This document shows, in pieces, positions 43,837-54,305 of a DNA stretch of 64,000 nucleotides (position 1 is its first letter; each line of letters starts with the position of its first letter). Source of the stretch: an uncultured delta proteobacterium (lineage in GTDB: Bacteria; Desulfobacterota; Syntrophobacteria; Syntrophobacterales; Syntrophobacteraceae); contig CAWEHK010000041.1 in assembly GCA_963808625.1 (NCBI GenBank), positions 32,001-96,000 on the forward strand. The letters run 5' to 3'. The translations under genes were made by a program, and so were the position numbers. A model generated the notes under the pieces. The model did no database searches, was not told the DNA's origin, and worked only from the letters and a program-made list of their open reading frames with translations.

Positions 43837-44561
43837 ATCGACCCGAGAAGCGCAATGCCCTCTCCCTCGAAATGATGGCGGAAGTGGTCGAGAGGCTGGG
43901 TGAAATTGCCGAAGATCGGACCATTCGGGTGGTGGTGGTTCGGGGTAATGGGCCAATCTTCAGTGCCGGCCACGACCTGAAGGAGATGGCAGACCACCGG
44001 GACGATCTGCACTACATGCGCAGCATTTTTGCCACCTGCAATCGCATGATGCTGAGACTGCACGAACTGCCCCAGCCGGTGATCGCCCAGGTGCATGGCA
44101 TTGCCACTGCGGCCGGCTGTCAGATGGTGGCCGCCTGCGACCTTGCCATTGCTGAAGCGGGCGCTCGCTTTGCCACGCCGGGAGTCCATATCGGCCTTTT
44201 TTGCACGACCCCGATGGTGCCCCTGGTCCGCGTTATAGGCAGGCGGCGAGCCATGGAGATGCTCTTGAGCGGCCGCTTCATTTCGTCGGAGGAGGCGCTT
44301 GATTACGGCCTCGTCAATCGCGTCGTTCCGCCCGATCAGTTGCCCGAAGCAACCCGCAAGTGGGCCCTGGAGATAGCCCAGTTCAGCGGTTTCACGCTGG
44401 CTCTCGGGAAGCGGGCGTTCTACCAGCAGATCGACCTCGATGAAAAATCGGCTTATGCCTACGCCGGGGAAGTGATCGCGATGAACTGCCGGGCCGAGGA
44501 CGCCGCCGAAGGCATGAACGCCTTTCTGGAAAAGCGCAAGCCCCAGTGGCGTGACCGCTAG
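43785..44561 (+). CDS. Enoyl-CoA hydratase/isomerase family protein
   Basis: NRPEKRNAL, FSAGHDL, ATAAGCQ, EGMNAFLEKR. Confidence 0.93.
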   Translation: MEGVLLERDGPLACLVLNRPEKRNALSLEMMAEVVERLGEIAEDRTIRVVVVRGNGPIFSAGHDLKEMADHRDDLHYMRSIFATCNRMMLRLHELPQPVIAQVHGIATAAGCQMVAACDLAIAEAGARFATPGVHIGLFCTTPMVPLVRVIGRRRAMEMLLSGRFISSEEALDYGLVNRVVPPDQLPEATRKWALEIAQFSGFTLALGKRAFYQQIDLDEKSAYAYAGEVIAMNCRAEDAAEGMNAFLEKRKPQWRDR

Positions 44562-44578
44562 GGTGACGTGCGGCTCCG

Positions 44579-45858
44579 CTAAGGGATCCTGAGCTTCTGG
44601 CCCAGAGTAACGGTATTCGCCTTGAGGTTATTCGCCTCGCGCAGTGTTTGAACGCTCACCTTGTATTGTTGAGCGATACTGAAGAGAGTCTCTCCCTTCT
44701 TGACCGTGTGGTAGCTGGCAGTAGGAGCTGTTGGAGCAGCGGGCTTTGCCTGGGGCTTTGGCGGCGCAATCGCGGCGGAGGCTGGCGGCGCTGCTTCCGC
44801 AAGCCTCTCTGTTTCGTCCTGACTGCTTGACGCAGGCGGGCTTGGCGCAATCCTTGACAGGTCAAAATTCTGTTCGAACGTTTTCCCCGTCCCGGCAGGG
44901 AACTTCAGTTCATGGGTTCCTGCGGGAACATCGTCCGCCCGAAACTCAGGATTGAGCCGCTTGAATTCGCGATAGGTGATTCCCGCCGCCGCGGCAATGC
45001 TCTGGATAGCAGCCGGACGGGAAAGGGTTACCCTCACACGATCCAGTTTGAGCTCGGCGTATCCCGATCCTCTGGGCAAGAAGTATCCGTATTGTGCCGG
45101 GATTACCCAAAACAGCCTTGACCGCCAAAATTCTCATGACATAGCGTTCCGTCTCCTGAGGCAGCCGGAGATGGTAATAGTCGTTGACGCGCTGGGTGCG
45201 CATCTCATCGTAAATGCGCCGGTCGCCGCAATTGTAGGCAGCGAGCGCCAGCGCCCAGTTCTTGTGGCGTGCGTAGAGGTCGCGCAAGCAGGCGAAAGGC
45301 GCTCTCCGTTGAGCGTTCAAAATCATACCGGCGATCGCAGGAACCCTGCTGATCGAGTCCGTATGCGGCCCCGGTGCTCGGCATAAACTGCCACGGTCCG
45401 GCGGCGCCTTTTGGGGAACAGGCATTGGGCTGCAGATCGCTTTCCACGATGGCGACGTACTTGAGGTCTTCGGGCAGGTTGTAATAGCGCAACCGCTCCT
45501 CGATCCAGGGGAAGTACCGCTCCATCCGCTTCAACCAGAGATAAACCTGGGCGTGGTTATAGACGATCAGGGTAAATTCGCGGTCAAACCGCTCCTGAAC
45601 ATCTTGGACTCAAGCGGCACCGGTTCCCCGCAGAGGTCGATTCTGTCGGGAGGCGGGTAATAAGGGGCCATACAGCAGGGCACGGATGGGAAGAGGGGCG
45701 CCGGAGCCTCTTTCACTGGCGTAGTGGCTGCAGAAGAAGAGGATGGAGGCGCTGTTGGTGAAGGCGTTTGAGTCGTGGCGCAGCCGAAAAGCGCCCCAAC
45801 CAGCAACAGGGCAAGCAAAGACAATACAAAATGATCTTGAGTAACCGTCTTGCTTCAT
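44579..45858 (-). CDS. MltD-like lytic transglycosylase lipoprotein with LysM (multiple frameshifts)
   Basis: LFGC lipobox, VES, AAGPWQFM, AAYNCG, ETERYV, C-terminal LysM HTVKKGETL. Confidence 0.85.
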
Positions 45859-45862
45859 GACT

Positions 45863-46293
45863 TCAACTCTCCTCTTGATCGCCGTAAATCTCCAAGTGAC
45901 TGAATAAAAAAGCGATTTCCCTGTTTGCGAGACCGTGGAATCCGAACCATGGACGATATTTTTCGTCAGGTCCCGCGCAAAGTCATGGCGAATGGTGCCG
46001 GGCGAGGCCTCGCGGTAATCGGTTGCGCCCATGAGCGCTCGGTTTGTTTGAATTACATTCTCCCCCTCGAGCACCATTGCCACAATCGGTCCCGACGACA
46101 TGAAATCGGTAAGATTTTCATAAAAAGGCTTTCCTTGATGTTCGGCATAAAAGGAGCGCGCACACTCGTTGGTCAGGCGAAGCATCTTCAAGGCGACAAT
46201 GCGCATACCGGCATTCTCGAAGCGCCTTATGATTTCACCGACAAGTCCCCGTGCGACGCCATCAGGCTTAATCATGGACAGGGTTCGTTCCAT
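45863..46293 (-). CDS. ndk: Nucleoside-diphosphate kinase (frameshift near 45928)
   Basis: ERTLSMIKPDG, PGTIR, NIVHGSDS. Confidence 0.95.
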
Positions 46294-46477
46294 CAAAAGT
46301 TCTCCTCGCAAAGGTAGCGCCTTTCCAGCGGACGACCACTCCTTTACCTCAGTAATTCTTGAGTGTCTATTCAAAATCGAAACCTGCTTGACCTTCGAGG
46401 GCATCATCAAATCGTTATGCATGGAGAAAAGTCGGCTGCTTGGGGGAAAGGGCTGGTTTAATTTACTTAGGTTTTTG

Positions 46478-46506
46478 TTGACAAACATTTTAAGGGTTGC
46501 TAATTT
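46478..46506 (+). promoter_or_regulatory. Putative sigma-70 promoter for acs
   Basis: TTGACA-N17-TAATTT with extended -10 TG. Confidence 0.6.
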
Positions 46507-46717
46507 TATTGATTGAAGCGTCGGTTCCATCCTCTCAATCGCCTGCGGCAACTCGTATTCCAATCCTCACTGAACAGTAGGATTTCTCTAAAGCTGACGA
46601 CTGTCAGCTTGGCTCTTCTTTTCATCAGCCTCTCCTTATTCATAGCTCAATCTTGGCTGGTTCTCCCAGGCGGCGGAATACACACAATTATTCCAATAAC
46701 TTACCAAGGAGGAAGCT

Positions 46718-48663
46718 ATGTCGGATCAAATGTTTCCCGTTCCCGAGTCCTGGGCGAAATCGGCCTGGGTAGACAATGACAAATACCTGCAGATGTACGA
46801 GCAGTCGGTCAAGGACCCCGAAGGCTTCTGGGGAGAGCAGGCCAAGCGCCTCGATTGGTTCAAGCCCTGGACGAAAGTGAAGGAAGGTTCATTTGAGGGT
46901 GATGTGCGCATCAAGTGGTTCACCGACGGCAAGCTGAACGTCAGCTACAATTGTCTGGACCGTCATCTGGCCAAGCGCGGGGACCAGATTGCCATCATCT
47001 GGGAAGGGGATGACCCAGCAGTGAGCAAGTTCATCACCTATCGCCAGTTGCATGAAGATGTGAGCAAGTTTGCCAACGTCCTCAAGTCCTTGGGGCTGAA
47101 GAGGGGCGACCGGGTCACGATCTATCTGCCGATGATCCCGGAGCTGGCGGTGGCCATGCTGGCGTGCACGCGCATCGGTGTCGTTCACTCGATCGTGTTC
47201 GGCGGTTTCTCACCCGATTCTCTGGCGGGGCGCATCCAGGACTGCCAGGGCCGGGTGGTGATCACCGCTGATGAAGGGTTGCGCGGGGGCAAGCCCATCC
47301 CCTTGAAAGCGAATACCGACGAGGCCGTGGAGAAGTGCCCCGTGGTCGAAAAGGTGGTCGTGGTAAAGCACACGGGCGGTCAGGTCCCGTGGACGCCGGG
47401 GCGCGATCTCGAGTGGGGAAGCTCATGCAGGAGGCTTCCGCTGATTGCCCTCCTGAAGACATGGATGCCGAGGACCCGCTTTTCATCCTGTACACCTCCG
47501 GTTCCACAGGAAAGCCCAAGGGCGTGCTGCACACGACCGGGGGCTATCTGGTGTACACCTCGATGACCCATCAGCATGTGTTCGACTATCACGAGGGCGA
47601 CATCTACTGGTGCACCGCCGACATCGGCTGGGTGACCGGACACAGCTACATCATCTACGGGCCCCTGGCCAACGGCGCCACGATCGATCATGTTCGAAGG
47701 CGTGCCCAATTATCCCGACTGGTCTCGCTTCTGGAACGTCGTTGACAAGCATCAAGGTCAACATCATCTATACGGCTCCGACCGCCATCAGGGCCCTCAT
47801 GCGGCAGGGCGACGAGCCGGTCAAGAAGACCTCGCGCAAGTAGCTTGCGACTTCTCGGCACCGTGGGCGAGCCCATCAATCCGGAAGCATGGATGTGGTA
47901 CTACAATGTCGTCGGCGAAAAAAGGTGTCCCATTGTCGATACCTGGTGGCAGACGGAAACCGGCGGCATCCTGATTACGCCGCTTCCCGGCGCCACAGCT
48001 CTCAAACCCGGTTCCGCCACCCGGCCTTACTTCGGTCTGAAGCCGGCCATCATCGATCCCGAGGGCAACTTCCTCGAAGGGCCGGGAAGAGGCTATCTGG
48101 TTATTACCGATTCCTGGCCGGCAATGCTGCGGACGGTGTATGGGGACCATCCACGTTTCATCCAGACTTATTTCAGTGCCTACAAGGGACTTTACTTCAC
48201 CGGTGACGGAGCCCGCCGGGATGAGGACGGTTACTACTGGATCACGGGTCGAGTCGATGACGTCATCAACGTGTCCGGACATCGCCTCGGCACCGCAGAG
48301 GTCGAAAGCGCTCTGGTTGCTCATCCCACCGTCGCTGAGGCGGCCGTAGTCGGGTTCCCACATGAGATCAAGGGCCAGGGGATTTACGCCTATGTGACCT
48401 TGAATGCTGATCGACAGCCTACGGACGAATTGCGAAAAGAGCTCATTCAATGGGTGAGGAAGGAAATTGGGGCAATCGCCTCACCCGACTTTATCCAGTG
48501 GGCGCCCAGCCTGCCCAAAACGCGGTCGGGCAAAATCATGCGCCGGATTCTCCGCAAAATCGCTGCCAATGAGATCTCTGATCTCGGCGATACCAGCACC
48601 CTCGCGGAACCCGCGGTGGTTGAGGACCTGATCAAGAATCGTTTGGCTGCAGTACAGAAATAA
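46718..48663 (+). CDS. acs: AMP-forming acetyl-CoA synthetase (frameshifts at 47410-47845)
   Basis: [46 protein letters not shown]. Confidence 0.95.
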
Positions 48664-48676
48664 ACTTTACTCATGG

Positions 48677-48700
48677 CCGAGGGGGGATGCCCCCCTCGGT
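48677..48700 (+). terminator. Hairpin downstream of acs
   Basis: CCGAGGGGGG-ATG-CCCCCCTCGG, short U tail only. Confidence 0.5.
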
Positions 48701-48990
48701 TCCAGCCTTGTTGACACTCAGGAAGTTCATGCATCGTGGTTGGTTCTGTTCTTTATCGGAACCTGGAGTACCCCTCCTCACTTCCCCATCCAAGAGACAT
48801 CAGCAAGGGCCACACAATATTCTCTCCCCTAAACCATAATCAGCGTCGGCGGTTTTCTTTTTTCCGGCTGAGAAATTGCCGAAATTTGAATAGACAAACA
48901 CTTGACTATTGCTCGCTGACAAGGCAGACATCATACCAGCTTTCTTTTGACACTACTCACGCCGGGGAGCATTGGTATTAAGAGCTTAGA

Positions 48991-49956
48991 ATGAGGAAAC
49001 AGCTAATGCGAAGAACAGGTTTTTTGTATGACGAGCGGTTTTTTCTCCACTGCACAAGCCCGGGACATCCCGAGCATCCTGACCGGCTCGCGGTCGCCTA
49101 CCGGGCTTTGGAAGAAGCCGGACTGTTGTCCGACCTCACCTTGATTCAGGCGACTCCGGCGCGATTGAAATGGATTGAGCGGGTCCATTCCCCGAGGCAT
49201 ATCTTTCGCTTCGAGGAGGCGTGCATGCTCGATCTCGGCGAATTCGACCACCCTGACAATCAGATCTGCAGAGACAGCTATGATGTTGCGCTCCTGGCTG
49301 TCGGCGGCATCCTCAAGACCATCGATCTCCTCATGGAAGGAAAGCTCGACAATGCTTTCTGTGCGGTAAGACCCCCTGGGCATCACGCCGAGATGAACCG
49401 CGCTCTCGGTTTCTGTTATTTCAACAACGTGGCGATTGCGGCAAGATACCTGCAGGAGCAATGGGGAGCCCAAAGGGTTGGCATCATTGACGTTGATGCG
49501 CATCACGGCAACGGAACGCAGCTCATTTTTCTCGGTGACCCCACGGTATTCTACTATTCCATCCATGAACACCCTTCTTTCTCCTTCCCTGGCACGGGGC
49601 GTGAATTCGAGCGAGGTGTTGACGAGGGCTATGGCTTCACGCTTAACTCCCCCGTACTCCCCGGACAGGGCGATGAAGCCTACCAGGAACTGCTGCCCAG
49701 GGACCTCTTCCCGGCATTTGCTTCGTTCAAACCTGAAGTGATCCTGCTTTCGGCCGGTTTCGACGCTCACATGGACGATGATATGTCAAACATCAATCTG
49801 TCTACCCAGGGCTTCTCCTGGATCATGCAAAACCTGGTCGAGCTCGCCGAAGAGCATGCAAACGGTCGCTTGATCTCGATTCTCGAAGGTGGCTATTCAT
49901 TGAAACGCTTACCCGAGTTGATTAAAAACCATGTAGAAATCCTGCTCGGTAAGTGA
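48991..49956 (+). CDS. Zn-dependent histone deacetylase family protein (AcuC-like lysine deacylase)
   Basis: HPE, RPPGHHA, GFCYFNN, DVDAHHGNG, SAGFD, EGGY all intact. Confidence 0.93.
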   Translation: MRKQLMRRTGFLYDERFFLHCTSPGHPEHPDRLAVAYRALEEAGLLSDLTLIQATPARLKWIERVHSPRHIFRFEEACMLDLGEFDHPDNQICRDSYDVALLAVGGILKTIDLLMEGKLDNAFCAVRPPGHHAEMNRALGFCYFNNVAIAARYLQEQWGAQRVGIIDVDAHHGNGTQLIFLGDPTVFYYSIHEHPSFSFPGTGREFERGVDEGYGFTLNSPVLPGQGDEAYQELLPRDLFPAFASFKPEVILLSAGFDAHMDDDMSNINLSTQGFSWIMQNLVELAEEHANGRLISILEGGYSLKRLPELIKNHVEILLGK

Positions 49957-49989
49957 AATTCTCACCCCATAGGGCCTAAGGAGGGAAAG

Positions 49990-50670
49990 ATGTTCATTGA
50001 TAAATCCATGACGAGAGATGTTCTCACCATCGACCCCGAGACCAGCATCGCCGAGGCGTCGGAACTCATGCGCCGAAACCATATCCGTCATCTACCGGTC
50101 ACTGACCAGGACCGCAGGCTGGTCGGGATTGTGACGGATCGTGATATTCGCAGTGCCATGCCTTCGATTCTTTCGAGTGAAGAGGCCGTGGCCAAGGAGA
50201 GAGAGCGAATCGTCCAGCTCAAGGTGAAGGATATCATGACCGGGAACGTGGTGACCGTTTCCCCCATGAATACCCTTGAGGATGCCCTGTTGCTGATGCA
50301 AAGAACGAAAGTGGGGGCCTTTCCCGTGCTCGACCAGCAGCACCGGCTCATCGGGATCATCTCCGTTCGCGATCTCATGCGGGCCTTTATCAATGTCTTG
50401 GGAATCGAGGAACCCGGGACCCTGCTCTGCATCGTAGCAGAAGACAAGATGGGGCAGATGAAACGGATTGTGGACGCCATCACCGAGGAGCGCATACCCT
50501 TTGGCTCGATCCTCGTTGCGCGTTATTGGGAAGAAGGCAAGCGGGCGGTTTTCCCTTACCTGCTCACAAGCAATGTGGCCCGGGTCAAGGCAAAGCTGGA
50601 AAATCTCGGATATACCTTGCTCAACCCCATGCAATGGAGCCTGGACCAGTTGCCGAAGAAAACAGAATAG
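49990..50670 (+). CDS. AcuB-like protein (CBS pair plus ACT-like C-terminus)
   Basis: IRHLPV, LVGIVTDRDI, LIGIIS, C-terminal EDKMGQM. Confidence 0.85.
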   Translation: MFIDKSMTRDVLTIDPETSIAEASELMRRNHIRHLPVTDQDRRLVGIVTDRDIRSAMPSILSSEEAVAKERERIVQLKVKDIMTGNVVTVSPMNTLEDALLLMQRTKVGAFPVLDQQHRLIGIISVRDLMRAFINVLGIEEPGTLLCIVAEDKMGQMKRIVDAITEERIPFGSILVARYWEEGKRAVFPYLLTSNVARVKAKLENLGYTLLNPMQWSLDQLPKKTE

Positions 50671-50848
50671 GTCGCATGAGCCTCAATGGCATGCTGACCT
50701 AGTTATTCAGCAGCTTCTTCGCCGGTGATCCCTAGCGATCAGGGCGATAATTTTGGTTTTGTTTGCATATTGAACGCAGCACGCTTCCCGGAGCTTCCCC
50801 GGTCCCATTTGAAATCGCCGGCAGCTTTGGGCAGTCAAGGTGAAGAGT

Positions 50849-52750
50849 CTACTCTTTGCTGGCTGCCGCAGTTTGCTGAACATCAGAATCATCAAACCGG
50901 CAAGTCATGGTCAGTATGCCTTCTTCAAAGCTAGTTAGGATGGTGTATGGCAAGCTATTGAAAAGCTTTGCCATGGCTCGGTTTTGCATGGAGGTGTAGG
51001 CAGAAAAGCCGGCAATCCCGTTGTCGCGCGCGGCTTCCGTCAGTTTTTTTAGAATGATTTTAGATAATCCTTTGCCCTGCCAGTCTCTTGAGACCGAGAA
51101 AGCCACCTCTGCAATATTGGTGGCTGGATCGAGAGCATACCCTCCCAAAGCGATGATCTTGCCAAAACCGAATTCCCCGACCACCGCCACGATGGTCATC
51201 TCATGCACATAATCGATTTGATACATGGATACGACATCGTTCCGAATGAAGGTGGTCTTGCGGTGGAAAAACCTCGAGACAATGTCATCGGCATCGAGAT
51301 TATAGAAGTGTTCCTGGATCCGGCGCTCATCCACCGACTTTGCCGGTCGGATCGTGACCTCCTGCCCGTCGACTTTTATGATCTCTTCGTATTTGAGAGG
51401 ATAAACGGCGTGTATGGACTCTTTGAGACTGCGCTCGGCGCCGATCAGGCCCAGTTTCTTGGCATTAAAGAAAAGCTCGTCCCTAAAATCAGGATGGGCG
51501 AGACTGATCATGGCCACGGCCCGTTCCTGAAGACTTTTGCCAAAGAGGTTGACGGCTCCAAATTCACTCACGACATAGTACACGTCGCTTCGAGGGATGA
51601 CTACAGCGGTGCTGTCGAGCGTCGGCATAATCCTGCTGATCTTGCCATCCCGCGACGTGGACGGAAGCAGGATAATGGATTTTCCTTGCGGGGATCGGGT
51701 TGCGCCCCTCACAAAGTCAAGCATTCCGGTCACCCCGGAAAAGTGGTTCTGCGGACGCGCGTCGGCGGCGACCTGCCCCGTTAAGTCCATGATCGTGGCA
51801 ACGTGAATGGAGATCATCTTATTGTGGCTGGCAATAACGGTGGGATTATTTACGTAATCCGAAGGGTGGAATTCGATACTCGGATTGTCGTGCAGAAACT
51901 CATAAAGATTAGTCGTGCCGATGGCGCTGCTCGCAACACACTTCCCCTCATTCAAGCCTTTCTTACGATTGGTTATTACACCTTTGGACACAAGTTGCAT
52001 CATCCCGTCAGTAATGAACCGTGAATGCACACCGAGGTCGTTCTTGTCGGAAAGCGCCTGCAATATCGCACCGGCCGTTGCTCCCAGACCCAGATGGAGC
52101 GTGGAACCGTCATCAATGAGTTTGGTGATATGCCTGGCAATCAACCGGGCCGGTTCAAAGATAGCGTGAGCTTCGATGGTCAGCAGATCTTCCTCGTGTT
52201 CAACAATGATGTCCACATCGTTGACATGGATAAAGCTGCGGCCAAGGACTCTGGGCATCTTTGGATTGACCTGAGCGATGACCAGATCTGCCGAGAATGC
52301 TGCCGCCATGGTAATATCCACAGAGATCCCGAGGCTCATCCACCCGAAATCGTCCGATGGAGAAACCTGGATGAGTGCCACGTGAATGGGAATCTGCCTG
52401 CTTTGAAAGAGATGCGGCACCGCGGAGAGGTTAACCGGTGTGAAAAAGCGGCGGCTCTTGGCAAGAGGCTCAGAAATGGTTGATCCCGAATAGAAGGACC
52501 TTATCGTAAAGCTGTTCTGGGAAGTTTCACTGGCGATCAAAGTGAGCGGGGCCGTCTCGAGGCTCAAGAGCCGGACGACCTCGATGTCGGTGAAGTTGGC
52601 TGCCTGAGAAGCCAGCTCCTGGATCAGATGCTGCGGCTCGCCGCACCCTGTTCCGATAAAAATCCTCTGACCGGGTTTGATGGCCCCAATCGCCTGTTTG
52701 GCAGAGCGTCGCTTCTTTACGTAATCGTCGGCCCAGTAACTGGTAATCAT
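50849..52750 (-). CDS. Acetyl-CoA hydrolase/CoA-transferase-like domain fused to a C-terminal Pat-type GNAT acetyltransferase
   Basis: GEP, SLGISVD, NPKMP, DLTGQV, AHPDFRDEL; C-terminal TIRP...SRFF...AEVAFSV..DWQGKGL. Confidence 0.9.
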   Translation of the reverse strand: MITSYWADDYVKKRRSAKQAIGAIKPGQRIFIGTGCGEPQHLIQELASQAANFTDIEVVRLLSLETAPLTLIASETSQNSFTIRSFYSGSTISEPLAKSRRFFTPVNLSAVPHLFQSRQIPIHVALIQVSPSDDFGWMSLGISVDITMAAAFSADLVIAQVNPKMPRVLGRSFIHVNDVDIIVEHEEDLLTIEAHAIFEPARLIARHITKLIDDGSTLHLGLGATAGAILQALSDKNDLGVHSRFITDGMMQLVSKGVITNRKKGLNEGKCVASSAIGTTNLYEFLHDNPSIEFHPSDYVNNPTVIASHNKMISIHVATIMDLTGQVAADARPQNHFSGVTGMLDFVRGATRSPQGKSIILLPSTSRDGKISRIMPTLDSTAVVIPRSDVYYVVSEFGAVNLFGKSLQERAVAMISLAHPDFRDELFFNAKKLGLIGAERSLKESIHAVYPLKYEEIIKVDGQEVTIRPAKSVDERRIQEHFYNLDADDIVSRFFHRKTTFIRNDVVSMYQIDYVHEMTIVAVVGEFGFGKIIALGGYALDPATNIAEVAFSVSRDWQGKGLSKIILKKLTEAARDNGIAGFSAYTSMQNRAMAKLFNSLPYTILTSFEEGILTMTCRFDDSDVQQTAAASKE

Positions 52751-52955
52751 GGGAAGCTCTTCCTTCTCTATGGGCTCACGTTTGGAGGGTAAGTCACCGC
52801 CTCAAAAAAACGCTTATGTCTGCGTTGCCTTCGGGGTGCACCAGGGGATACAAATGAGCGGCGTATGATCATGGTTGCTGAAGAATTCCTCTAACCCACC
52901 GAAATTGTGCCTCTCAATACGATAAGCAGTGGCATTTCTGCTCTGCCCCATTTTC

Positions 52956-52983
52956 ATTATAGTTGCTCGACGGAGATTTTCAA
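52956..52983 (-). promoter_or_regulatory. Putative sigma-70 promoter for the CoA-transferase-GNAT gene
   Basis: Minus strand TTGAAA-N16-TATAAT. Confidence 0.55.
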
Positions 52984-53083
52984 AAGTAATTGTCAATGCA
53001 CAGAGAAGGTTTGCGTTAGGCTGCGCCTGGGAATATGCGAGAGGGCGCCGGCGGAAGACCTGAAACCCAGGAAAGGGGAAAGA

Positions 53084-54185
53084 ATGATTGCCAACGACAA
53101 GCGTCTGATCATCGTCATTGGGCTAATCTTGTTATTTGGCGTCGGCTATCTCCGCGAAGCGATCTGGGGTCTGAGCCCTGCACCAACTCCTTCGATCCCT
53201 TATGTCGTGCCCTACTTTGCTCCACCGGAACAACTTGAGCTCTGCGGGGAACCGGTCCCGCTTGATATCCCCGATGTGAAGGGAAAGATTGGACCGGGAA
53301 TTTACGATCGTCGTTTACAGCCACGCCCAGGTTTACCTTTGGCTGAAGCGCATGCAGCGCTATTTCCCCTGGCTCGAGAAGGAAATTGCGCGCCATGGTC
53401 TGCCGAGCGATCTAAAATATGTCGCCGTAGCGGAGAGCGATCTCCAGGTTTCGGCATCGTCTCCGGCAGGTGCCGTCGGCCCCTGGCAGTTCATGCGCGG
53501 CACCGGCGCCAATTACGGTCTGGCGCAGGCGGAAGGAATTGACGAGCGGCGAGACTTTGAGCTGTCAACCCAAAGCGCCTTTAAATACTTGCGCGATCTG
53601 CGCGAGCTGTTCCAGAACTGGACCCTTGCCATCGCCGGTTATAATTGCGGAGAACGGCGCGTTCAGGACGAAATGAAGAGGCAAAAGGTGAACAGCTATT
53701 ATTTACTCAAGCTGCCGTCCGAGACGGAACGCTATGTGTTCAGGATCCTGGCGATCAAGGAGGTCCTCAGCCACCCCGAAAAATACGGCTACTTCCTTCC
53801 GGAGGGGGCCGGCTACCCCGGTGTTGCCGCGGAGGTTGTCAATATCGTGGCGCCTTGTCCTCTTCCGATGCAAACGGTGGCGGAGCTTGCCGGCATGACC
53901 TACCGGGATCTTAAGAATCTTAATCCCGCGCTCGTTTCGGATACCCTGCCGGAGGGGCCGCGCTCCCTCAAGGTTCCCGGGGACAAGGGGAAGGAGTTTT
54001 GCAGTCGGTTCGAGGCCTTCAAAGCGGGCTATCAGCCCAATGCCGTCTTTCATAAGGTCGTGAAAGGGGAAACTCTGAGCGGCATCGCGGCCCAATACGG
54101 TGTCAGCACCTCGAGCGTGCAGGAATGGAATGGTCTCAAGGGCGATAAGGTCCGCCTCGGCCAGGTGCTCAAGATTATCAGGTGA
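53084..54185 (+). CDS. MltD-like lytic transglycosylase with LysM (frameshift near 53283)
   Basis: AES, AVGPWQFM, AGYNCG, ETERYV, C-terminal LysM. Confidence 0.88.
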
Positions 54186-54231
54186 TGGCTCGCCGGCGGG
54201 TCTCACCAGAGGACCGAAAAAAATGAAGTGC

Positions 54232-54260
54232 TTGACAAGTGGGGCTGGGGGATTTACGAT
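54232..54260 (+). promoter_or_regulatory. Putative sigma-70 promoter for the sirtuin / tol-pal run
   Basis: TTGACA-N17-TACGAT. Confidence 0.65.
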
Positions 54261-54305
54261 ACGCGCGCCATAACGCATTAGAAATTCAATATTTTTTGGT
54301 GAGAG

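Noticed and set aside
45610..46563. 317-aa extended Ndk
   Set aside because: The true start is ATG 46293 and the normal C-terminus lies in another frame; the extensions are spurious
41460..47845. Sec/Pyl readthrough or programmed frameshifting at premature stops (e.g. TAG 41477, TAG 47841)
   Set aside because: Homology resumes in a different frame rather than past the stop, and there are no consistent slippery sites
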